Source: a virus (lineage: Duplodnaviria > Caudoviricetes). From it: 28,157 nt of DNA. The notes beneath the pieces were generated by a model. That model made no database searches and was not told the DNA's origin. It was given only the letters and a program-made list of their open reading frames with translations. The DNA is taken from the IMG/VR virus record IMGVR_UViG_3300032302_000076, positions 1 to 28,157 of that record; one strand, given 5' to 3'. The position numbers and the translations under genes were made by a program. Numbering within the stretch: the first letter of the stretch is position 1; each line of letters starts with the position of its first letter. Below, piece after piece: positions 17,595 through 25,900 of the stretch.

Positions 17595-18064
17595 TCTACA
17601 TTTCTCACCGTGGCAATCTGAACGGGATCAATCACTCCCGTGAGAACTCGCCAACCTATATCGATGAGTGCATCAACAAGGGGTTTCATTGCGAGATCGA
17701 TCTTCGCATGAAGGACGGCGTTCCTCATTTGGGGCACGACACGGCAGACTACCCCGTCACGATCTCGTGGCTACAGGATCGTTGCATGTGGCTGTGGATC
17801 CATGTCAAGGAGTACGAGGCTCTGATGTGGCTGATGAAGACCATGCCGTGGGCGAACTACTTCTGCCATGAGTCCGATAAGTACACCCTCGTTAGCAATG
17901 GTATGGTTTGGTGTCACGACCTGACAAACGAAATGAATGCAAACTGTGTGATCCCGCTTTTGTCGAAGGAATCTGTCGATTCCTATGGACAGACGGGCTT
18001 CGGTGCGGTATGCTCCGACTTCATCTACGACTGCGTAGCCAAGTTCAACAAGGACAATTCATGA
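17591..18064 (+). CDS. Small GDPD/PLC-like phosphodiesterase
   Basis: ISHRG, EN, EIDLR, LGHD, WIHVK and VCSD motifs; ATGA overlap. Confidence 0.7.
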   Translation: MIYISHRGNLNGINHSRENSPTYIDECINKGFHCEIDLRMKDGVPHLGHDTADYPVTISWLQDRCMWLWIHVKEYEALMWLMKTMPWANYFCHESDKYTLVSNGMVWCHDLTNEMNANCVIPLLSKESVDSYGQTGFGAVCSDFIYDCVAKFNKDNS

Positions 18065-18705
18065 GCAATGTGAAACTCACCATCGGCATCCCAACGATTC
18101 CGAATCGAAACCGCAGATACCTCGAACCCCTGTTCTCCAAACTCATGGGACAGGTCGGCAACGAAAAGGATGTTGAGATCATCGCCCTGATGGACAACAA
18201 GATGATGTCTATCGGACGCAAGAAGACCCTGCTCTTCAGCATGGCTAGCGGCAAGTATGCATGCCTGATTGACGATGATGACGATGTGACCGATGACTTC
18301 GTGGCTACACTTCGTTCCGTGATCAACGATCAGTTGGATGTCGATGTCATTTGCTATGATCAGGAAGCGGACATCAACGGGAAGAAGTGGCTCGTCAAGT
18401 CCAACCTGAACCACAATCGCAAGCATCCGTTTGATCAGTTGCAAGTCGATCAGCATGGCAACCCTGTGCCCTGCAAGCGTCCCCCGTGGCAATGGTGTGC
18501 TTGGAAGACCTCGTTCATCAAGAACATCCCGTTCGGTGACTCGAACTGGGCAGAGGACGCAGCGTTCACCCTAGCCGCCGTAGAAGCAGCCAAGAGCCAA
18601 CTCGTCCTCGACAAGGTGCTATGCAAGTACCGCTACTCACCTTCCGTGTCCGAGGCTCCGCAGCAGAACATTACACCCAATCAAATGAATCGAGTCCAAC
18701 TCTAA
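18061..18705 (+). CDS. GT2 family glycosyltransferase
   Basis: LTIGIPT, MSIGRKK, GKYACLIDDDD and AED motifs; related to 9472-10071. Confidence 0.82.
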   Translation: MSNVKLTIGIPTIPNRNRRYLEPLFSKLMGQVGNEKDVEIIALMDNKMMSIGRKKTLLFSMASGKYACLIDDDDDVTDDFVATLRSVINDQLDVDVICYDQEADINGKKWLVKSNLNHNRKHPFDQLQVDQHGNPVPCKRPPWQWCAWKTSFIKNIPFGDSNWAEDAAFTLAAVEAAKSQLVLDKVLCKYRYSPSVSEAPQQNITPNQMNRVQL

Positions 18706-18714
18706 AGGAACATC

Positions 18715-19278
18715 ATGGAACACATCTATCAGAATCCGAACTTCGGTGAGAACTGGTTTACCTATCCCAAACTGTACTCTTGGTTTGTTCAGAACCTATC
18801 CAACGGCTCGAAGATCGTTGAGGTCGGTTCATGGAAGGGCAAGAGTGTTGCATACCTTGGGGTTGAGATCGTCAACTCTGGCAAGGACATCAAGGTCGAT
18901 GCCGTGGACACTTGGATGGGTTCTCCCGAGTCTCCCGATCACCTAAAGGATGTCTATGTCAGGACGAATACTCTCTATTCGCTGTTCCTTGCCAACATCG
19001 CTCCTTTGTCTCATGTGATCAAGCCGATTCGCATGGCATCGGTTGATGCTGCCAAACTCTACGAAGACAATTCTCTCGATGCGGTGTTCATCGATGCGGG
19101 TCATACCTATGATGCCGTAAAGGCAGATATCGCTGCTTGGCTTCCCAAGGTCAAGGTGGGCGGCATCCTTGCGGGTCATGACTACGCATGGAGCGATGAT
19201 GTTCGGCGGGCAGTTGATGAATCGATTGCCCCCATCGATGAGACCGAGGGCTGCTTCGTCTTCAAGAAGGTTCAGTAA
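18715..19278 (+). CDS. Class I SAM-dependent methyltransferase (Methyltransf_24-like, probable sugar O-methyltransferase)
   Basis: VEVGSWKGKS, VDTW, FIDAGHTY and GGILAGHDY motifs. Confidence 0.88.
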   Translation: MEHIYQNPNFGENWFTYPKLYSWFVQNLSNGSKIVEVGSWKGKSVAYLGVEIVNSGKDIKVDAVDTWMGSPESPDHLKDVYVRTNTLYSLFLANIAPLSHVIKPIRMASVDAAKLYEDNSLDAVFIDAGHTYDAVKADIAAWLPKVKVGGILAGHDYAWSDDVRRAVDESIAPIDETEGCFVFKKVQ

Positions 19279-19282
19279 GTAC

Positions 19283-19311
19283 TTGACTTCCCCAGGTTTT
19301 GGTGGTAAGAT
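19283..19311 (+). promoter_or_regulatory. Sigma70-type promoter TTGACT-N17-TAAGAT with extended -10 TG
   Basis: Lies in the intergenic gap before gp41; TG at 19303-19304; ATG at 19320 has no SD. Confidence 0.75.
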
Positions 19312-19319
19312 CTATCCAA

Positions 19320-20738
19320 ATGTCCACCGACAAAATTGAACTCGTTGTACTGCGTAACTTGCTGTACAACGCCGAGTACACCCGCCGTGTCCTTCCCTTC
19401 CTCAAGGAGGACTACTTTCACGACCCGTGCGAACGGCGGCTTTTCAAGACCGTTGAAGACTTCATTCAGAAGTATTCATCGTCACCAACATCGGAAGCCC
19501 TGAACATCATCCTGTCCGAGCAGGATGGTGTCTCACAGGGTGAGTATGATAGTTGTGCCAAACTGATCGAAGCGTTGTCTTCAAGCAAGGACATCGAAAA
19601 CGAACCCGAGTGGCTGATTGAGCAGACCGAGAAGTTCTGCAAGGACAAGGCGGTCTACAACGCCCTGATGGAATCGATCCAACTGATCGATGACAAGAAG
19701 TCAAAGGGCAAGTCCCGCAACGCCATCCCCGAGATCCTGACCAAGGCATTGAGCGTATCGTTCGATGCAAGCATTGGTCACGACTTCGTGGAGGATGCAG
19801 ACAAGCGGTTCGAGTTCTATCACCGTGTAGAGCAGAAGACCCCATTTGATCTAGACTTCTTCAACAAGATCACGGGTGGTGGCGTACCCAACAAGACGCT
19901 GAATGTGATCCTTGCGGGCACGGGCGTGGGCAAGTCCCTGTTCATGTGCCACCACGCAGCCAACTGCCTGACCCTCAACAAGAATGTCCTCTACATCACC
20001 TGTGAGATGGCAGAGGAGCGCATCGCAGAACGCATCGATGCCAACCTCATGGACATCGCCGTGGACGAACTCAAGAACCTCCCGAAGGATGTCTATGACC
20101 GCCGTCTAGGCAAGGCTACAGCGGGACTGACGGGCAAGTTGATCATCAAGGAGTACCCCACAGCCACGGCGAATGTGGATCACTTCCGCCACCTGTTGGA
20201 CGAACTGCGGCTCAAGAAGAACTTCAAGCCCGACATCGTGTTCGTGGACTACCTGAACATCTGTGCCTCTAGCCGCTTCAAGGCGGGTGCGAATGTCAAT
20301 TCATATACCTATGTCAAGGCGATTGCCGAGGAACTCCGTGGTCTTGCCGTGCAGTCGGACTTCCCGATCTTTACCGCCACACAGACGAACCGTTCGGGCT
20401 TCGGCAATACCGATGTCGAACTGACCGACACCTCCGAGTCCTTCGGTCTCCCTGCTACTGCCGATCTCATGTTCGCCATCGTGGCGACCGAGCAACTTGA
20501 TGAGTCGGGTCAGGTCATGGTCAAGCAACTGAAGAACCGCTACAACGACCCGACCACGCACAAGCGGTTTGTTATCGGAATCGACCGCTCGAAGATGAAA
20601 CTGTTCGATGTGGAGGAGCAGGAGCAGAAACTGTTCGAGCAGATGGGCAAGAAGCAGCAGGATGATGACGAGGACGATGCCGAGTCCCATAACAAGTTCT
20701 CGACCAACAAGAAGAGATCGTTCTCAAATTGGGGTTGA
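19320..20738 (+). CDS. 41: Replicative DNA helicase, T4 gp41-like
   Basis: AGTGVGKS, EMAEERIAERIDAN, IIKEYPT, DYLNIC, IAEELRGLA, ATQTNR, SESFGLP and KQLKNRY motifs. Confidence 0.97.
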   Translation: MSTDKIELVVLRNLLYNAEYTRRVLPFLKEDYFHDPCERRLFKTVEDFIQKYSSSPTSEALNIILSEQDGVSQGEYDSCAKLIEALSSSKDIENEPEWLIEQTEKFCKDKAVYNALMESIQLIDDKKSKGKSRNAIPEILTKALSVSFDASIGHDFVEDADKRFEFYHRVEQKTPFDLDFFNKITGGGVPNKTLNVILAGTGVGKSLFMCHHAANCLTLNKNVLYITCEMAEERIAERIDANLMDIAVDELKNLPKDVYDRRLGKATAGLTGKLIIKEYPTATANVDHFRHLLDELRLKKNFKPDIVFVDYLNICASSRFKAGANVNSYTYVKAIAEELRGLAVQSDFPIFTATQTNRSGFGNTDVELTDTSESFGLPATADLMFAIVATEQLDESGQVMVKQLKNRYNDPTTHKRFVIGIDRSKMKLFDVEEQEQKLFEQMGKKQQDDDEDDAESHNKFSTNKKRSFSNWG

Positions 20739-20763
20739 CGGCGTAGCAAACATACGCTATACT
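20735..20763 (+). promoter_or_regulatory. Sigma70-type promoter TTGACG-N17-TATACT
   Basis: The -35 contains the gp41 TGA stop; ATG at 20771 lies 7 nt after the -10. Confidence 0.8.
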
Positions 20764-20770
20764 TATCTAA

Positions 20771-21106
20771 ATGAACAGCCACACCGACTTCTGTAACTAC
20801 ATCACATCCATGCACTTCCTGTATCGACAGAACACGGAGGGTGGCTATGTTGTGCAAGTCCTTCCTCGTATCAAGTGTGTGGACGGCTTTTCCTTTTCTG
20901 TTCAGGCATCCAAGAATCACTACTGCTATCCGAAGAATGATGATGGTCCATGGGATTCCTTCGAGGTTGGATACCCATCACCGATGGAGCCGATGCTATT
21001 GCCGTACATCGAAGACTTAGGCAATCCTCACACGGAGAGCGTGTACACAAATGTCCCAATCGACATTGTGCTGCTGATCATCGACAACCATGGAGGCATC
21101 GCATGA
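20771..21106 (+). CDS. Hypothetical phage protein
   Basis: 111-aa ORF directly behind a promoter; CVDGFSFSVQAS..HYCYP..EVGYPS motif recalled from other phage hypothetical proteins. Confidence 0.75.
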   Translation: MNSHTDFCNYITSMHFLYRQNTEGGYVVQVLPRIKCVDGFSFSVQASKNHYCYPKNDDGPWDSFEVGYPSPMEPMLLPYIEDLGNPHTESVYTNVPIDIVLLIIDNHGGIA

Positions 21107-21345
21107 GTTACCGACTACATATCGACATTCCTATCGAAGCAATCAGCACACATCAGGCGCAAGAGGTTGCTAGAGGTATCCTAACTAGATTGGGGCTTCT
21201 GCACACCGCAGACTCATCCTTGACGGGATCGGGGCTTGAAGTGAACTACAGACTCGGACATGATGATGACAGGCAGCGTTCGAACTATCTTGACATGGAT
21301 GAGAAGGGTCATTGCACCCACCGCAAGACCCGTGTCCACTTCTGA
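21103..21345 (+). CDS. Hypothetical protein
   Basis: ATGA overlap, GGAGG RBS, 80 aa. Confidence 0.7.
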   Translation: MSYRLHIDIPIEAISTHQAQEVARGILTRLGLLHTADSSLTGSGLEVNYRLGHDDDRQRSNYLDMDEKGHCTHRKTRVHF

Positions 21346-21346
21346 A

Positions 21347-21592
21347 GTGGAATGCCCATCTTGCCCGAACTGCGGTTTTGCGACCATTCGCTCCCGCCAA
21401 GATATGACATTCGAAGTTGGGAACCCTGATGTTCGCACGGAGCCACTCGTCCGTGCTACTGTCACCATGAACATCCCCGTCTTTCAATGCACCAACCCAA
21501 ACTGTAGGAATGGAATGTATGGTGAGGATGCAGAGGCGATCATAGAGCCTGTCCGCAAGTTCCTCATCAAGAACGCCAAACCTAAAGAATAG
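21347..21592 (+). CDS. Zinc-ribbon protein (YgiT/MqsA-N-like); start uncertain (21299 or 21347)
   Basis: CPNCG...MNIPVFQCTNPNC spacing. Confidence 0.55.
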   Translation: MECPSCPNCGFATIRSRQDMTFEVGNPDVRTEPLVRATVTMNIPVFQCTNPNCRNGMYGEDAEAIIEPVRKFLIKNAKPKE

Positions 21593-21598
21593 AATCAT

Positions 21599-21670
21599 GC
21601 GCCGTGGGAGGTCAGCATCTCAGGTCGGCTTATACCCGACTAATCGCAGGGGCAGCACCTGTACGGCGTA
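21599..21670 (+). tRNA. Non-canonical tRNA-Ile, anticodon UAU
   Basis: Acceptor GCGCCGT/ACGGCGT plus discriminator A; D arm GAGG/TCTC; anticodon arm GGTCGG-CT TAT AC-CCGACT; T arm GCAGG-GGCAGCA-CCTGT; CCA not encoded directly after the discriminator. Confidence 0.75.
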
Positions 21671-21686
21671 CTCTCCATTTCGATAC

Positions 21687-21694
21687 GATAAATA
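21687..21694 (+). promoter_or_regulatory. T4-late-like promoter GATAAATA
   Basis: Intergenic; 19 nt before ATG 21714, which has a GAGGT RBS. Confidence 0.7.
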
Positions 21695-21713
21695 CCCGAC
21701 TACGAGGTAGTCA

Positions 21714-22916
21714 ATGCTGTCGTTTTCTCAACACACAAACAACACCCTGATTGAACAGACGGTACAGAACAAGCACCTTGATCACATTGAGGATCTCATG
21801 ATCCTTCAGGGCAAGGATGGGCTAGACAACTCCATTGGCTTCCTCAAGGACATCGTACAGAGCCTCAAGACAGGCTCCACGACCATGGGTATGTCTACCA
21901 AGTGGGACGGCAAGCCCGCCATCGTGTGCGGCATCAACCCCGAGAACAAGAAGTTCTTCGTCGCCATCAAGGGTGTGTTCGGCAAGGAAGCCAAGTACTT
22001 CCACACCGAAGCAGAGATCAAGAAGGGGATCGAGATTCCCGATCTCGCCAACAAACTCATTCTTTGTCTTAAGTATCTGCCAAAGGTAGGAATCAAGGGT
22101 GTGCTACAGGGCGATCTGATGTTCACGCCTGACTCCAAGAGAACGATGGACATCGGGGGCAAGTCCCACATTGTGTTCCAACCCAATACGATTCTTTATG
22201 CAGTTCCGTCAGGGGGCGATCTGGGCAAGCGCATCGCTGCCGCAAAGATCGGAATCGTGTTTCACACCGAGTATTCGGGCAAGACTCTCAACGGGTTGTC
22301 CGCAACCTCGTTCAACTTCAATGCCACCAAACTCAAGCAGGATGCCGATGTGTGGGTCACCGACCCAAACATCTACGACCTATCCCCTGCTCTGATGAAG
22401 GATGCCGAGGCAACCAACTGCCTCAAGATGATTGCAGACTGCGAGAAACTCGCCAAGAAGGTATCCCCCTTCCTGCCCACGCTGATTGCACGGAAGGATC
22501 TCATGCCCCTTCTGATGCCATACATCAACGGCACTATCAATGGTGGGCTGACGAACTTCACATCTTCGGGCTTGAAACTCTATGTCAAGACGAAGTTGGA
22601 GAAGGAGATAAATAAGTTGAAAACCGAGAAGGGTAGAGAAGGCAAAACCGAGGCTATGAACAAGATCCTCGACTTCATCGATGCCTACAACACCCAACTC
22701 ACGGACATGTTTGCCTTGCATAACATGATTGCGAAGGTGAAGGAAGTGATTCTGAATCGTCTCTATGCGGTGTCACAGTTGGGTCACTTCTTTATGGATG
22801 ACGATGGTATCAGCCCAACAGATCCTGAAGGTATCGTTGTGGTTCGTTCGGGATCGGTTGTCAAACTCGTCAACAGACTTCGTTTCAGCAGACAGAACAG
22901 GAAGGTCAACCAATGA
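21714..22916 (+). CDS. Conserved T4-like phage protein (DUF6267-like) with ligase/nucleotidyltransferase-type motifs
   Basis: HLDHIED, KWDG, QGDLMF, FQPNTI, IVFHT, PEGIVV and KLV motifs. Confidence 0.65.
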   Translation: MLSFSQHTNNTLIEQTVQNKHLDHIEDLMILQGKDGLDNSIGFLKDIVQSLKTGSTTMGMSTKWDGKPAIVCGINPENKKFFVAIKGVFGKEAKYFHTEAEIKKGIEIPDLANKLILCLKYLPKVGIKGVLQGDLMFTPDSKRTMDIGGKSHIVFQPNTILYAVPSGGDLGKRIAAAKIGIVFHTEYSGKTLNGLSATSFNFNATKLKQDADVWVTDPNIYDLSPALMKDAEATNCLKMIADCEKLAKKVSPFLPTLIARKDLMPLLMPYINGTINGGLTNFTSSGLKLYVKTKLEKEINKLKTEKGREGKTEAMNKILDFIDAYNTQLTDMFALHNMIAKVKEVILNRLYAVSQLGHFFMDDDGISPTDPEGIVVVRSGSVVKLVNRLRFSRQNRKVNQ

Positions 22917-25900
22917 TCGAGCGGTTCTCGCAACGCCTGACAGAGGCAAAGAAGAAGGACACCGTTGTATTCGCATTCGGGCGCATGAACCCGCCGACCA
23001 TCGGGCACGGTGCTGTTGTGGATAAGGTGATGGAGGAAGCGGCAAAGCGAAACGCTGACCACTTCATCTTCACATCAGCATCACAGGATGCCAAGAAGAA
23101 CCCGCTGTCACAGAAGCAGAAGGTTTCATACCTCAAGAAGTTCTTCCCCAAGGGCAACTTCCCTGTCGGCAAGTCGATCAATCCGTTTGATACCGTGCTG
23201 TACCTGTGTCAGGAAGGCTACAAGCACATCGTGGTTGTCACGGGCAGCGATCACCTTGCCGAGTACAATAAGATCAAGGAGTATCAGGGCAAGGCTGACA
23301 AGAGCGGTCGCAAGTACTCGTTCGATACGCTGGAAGTCGTTATTGCAGGACAGACTCGCAGCGACACCGCACAGGGCGTTGCGGGCATGTCTGCTTCCAA
23401 GATGAGAGCCGCAGCCTTCGAGGGAGACTTCGCCAAGTTCTCGACAGGCGTACCTGGTACGGACAAGGCACTCAAGAAGAAACTCTATGACGAAGTTCGC
23501 AAGGGATTGAACCTGAAGGAAGAGTTCATCCCCGAAGCAACCGATCCAAACGAAGATGTGACCATCCTCGCCCTGACATCCTCCGAGAAGGACTTGAGCG
23601 ACACCATCGAGAAGATGGAAGCCATCTGCAAGAAGCGCAAGATCGAGTTCTATGCGGTCAAGACATCCAAAGCACAGATCGATATCTCGAATGTTGCCTC
23701 CAAGAAGATCGTCATCAAGAACTATGATGGCGAAGGCAAGGACGCAACAATCGTTCCAGGAAACACCGTAGCCATCGTTCGTGGTGGCGTGATGAACAGC
23801 GACATCGGTGTCGCCATCATGACCATCCTACAGAACAACGGTGTGTTCATGGTCAACGAGCGTGGTGGTATGGAACTATGTGCGAACAAGTTGGAGACTG
23901 CTATTGCTCTGAAGAAGCATGGTCTCCCGCACCCACGCACGGCGTTCGTCGCCAACGAAGAGAACATCGAGTCTGCGGTCAAGGAAATCGGTGGCAAGTT
24001 CCCCGTCATCGTCAAGACACTCACGGGTGCCGAGGGCATCGGCGTGTCGAAGATCGAGAGCATGGAGAGCCTCAAGTCCGTGCTGCAAACCCTGTGGAAG
24101 TACGGAGCCGAAGTCATCATGCAGGAGTTCCTGCCCGACTTCAAGAACGATGTTCGCAGCATCGTCCTCAATGGCAAGATCTTCGCCTGTGCAAAGCGTG
24201 ACAAGGCTCCCAAGGACTTCCGCACCAACATCGCCCGTGGCTCAAAGGGCGGTTCGTTCCAACTCTCCGACGAGGAGATCAAGTTGGTAGAACAGGCTGC
24301 ACGAGTCAGCAAGTGCTACTATGTCGGCATCGACCATGTCATCAACGAGGGCAAGCCATACATCATCGAGATGAACGCAAGCCCCGGCAGCGGCAATATC
24401 TATTACCGCTACTACGAGGATGGCAAAGGCAAGGACAATGTCAAGGGTGAGGAGATCGTTGAGGACTTCCTCAACTATATTCTCAACAAAGCACATTGGA
24501 AGTTGTTCTCGAACCTTGCTGTGCGTGAGGAAGTGAAGATCGATGGTGTCGAGTACACCGCCAAGATCGACACCGGCAACAGCGGCTACAACATGATCCA
24601 CGGTGAGGAGATCAAGGACAACGGCAACCACACCGTGACATTCAAGTTGCCCAACGGCAAGAAGGTCACGAAGAAGATCGTCAGCCGCATCACGGTCAAG
24701 AGCGGCATCGGCGTGAAGAAGCGTCTTGTCATTCTCATGGATGTCGAGTTCCACGGCAAGAAGTACACCAATGTGAAGTTCAGCATCGGTGACCGCAGCC
24801 ATATGTCCACAAAGGTTCTCTTCGGTTTGCAGTTCTTGAGCAAGACGGGCATGATGGTTGATCCCGCAGATGCCATCTATCCACAGCCTGATGTGAATGC
24901 CAAGCGCAAGAGCGAGGAAGAGGAAGAGGAAGAACTCGCAGAGGACATGCCGATTGCAGTTGCACTCGATGCGACCAAGGAGATCATCCGCACACCCGCA
25001 GTTGCGACCAAGTTGTTCACGCTCGTAAACAAGAAGAAGCAGATGCCTCCTGATCAGTTCAAGGAGTATGCCAAGCATGTCAAGGATGAAGTCATACTTC
25101 AGGCATACAAGGCATCGGGCGCAACGATGAATCTTAGTTCGTTTGCCACGCAGTCCAAGATCGGAAAGTTCATCACCAAGTTGATCGACAAATTGGTGAT
25201 CTCGGGTGGCATCGAAGTATCAACGATTCTGAACAAGGCAATGAGCCTGACCATCCCGCTGACCACGATTCTCCACATGGGTGATGAGGCAGAAGGCGAG
25301 ACCATCGAAGAGGCTGACATCGGCAAGGACAAGGGTTACACCACCAAGTCGGGAAAGACCAAGGAGTCTCCGAAGGGCAAGGCAGGACTCCCGAAGAAGT
25401 ACACCACGGGACTGTCAAAGAAGGAAGCAGACCTACGCAAGCAGCGTCTAGCCAAGCGAAAGGGAATGTCCGATGATGATCCGAAGACATGGGAGTTTGT
25501 GAACCCCAAGGAGAAGGACATCAAGACCAAGCCCTCGAAGTACACACAGGCGTTCAAGAAACTCGCCAAGTCTGGCAAGATCAAGGCTCTAAAGAATCAG
25601 TATGAAGTCGAGGAGTCTCTTGCAGCCATCCGTGTGCTTGAGAGTCTCGATCAGAGAAGCAGAATCAGCAAGGCAATCCTGTTGGAGCAGAAGGCTCTTC
25701 AGGGCGGTCGTTCGGATGCTGCGGTCGTGTATCGGTCGTTCATCGAGCATGAGAAGGATTCCCTGTATCAGAAGTACAGCGACATCCCCACAACGCTTGA
25801 TGAGGACATCGAGCATCTGATGACGGAGGTCAGCCCACCATCTGGTCCGGCTCGTCGCTTCTCGAAGAAAGAGAAGATCAAGAAGGAGTTTCAGAAGAGA

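Noticed and set aside
21599-21677. tmRNA fragment or suppressor tRNA
   Set aside because: A full cloverleaf with an anticodon arm is present, there is no G3-U70 alanine determinant, and the centred anticodon of the 7-nt loop is TAT, not TTA.
24242-25078. 278-aa minus-strand ORF (and similar ones at 805-1452, 4499-5038, 16878-17579, 23722-24312, 26857-27450)
   Set aside because: Antisense shadows of well-supported + strand genes, expected from the codon bias; no recognisable motifs.
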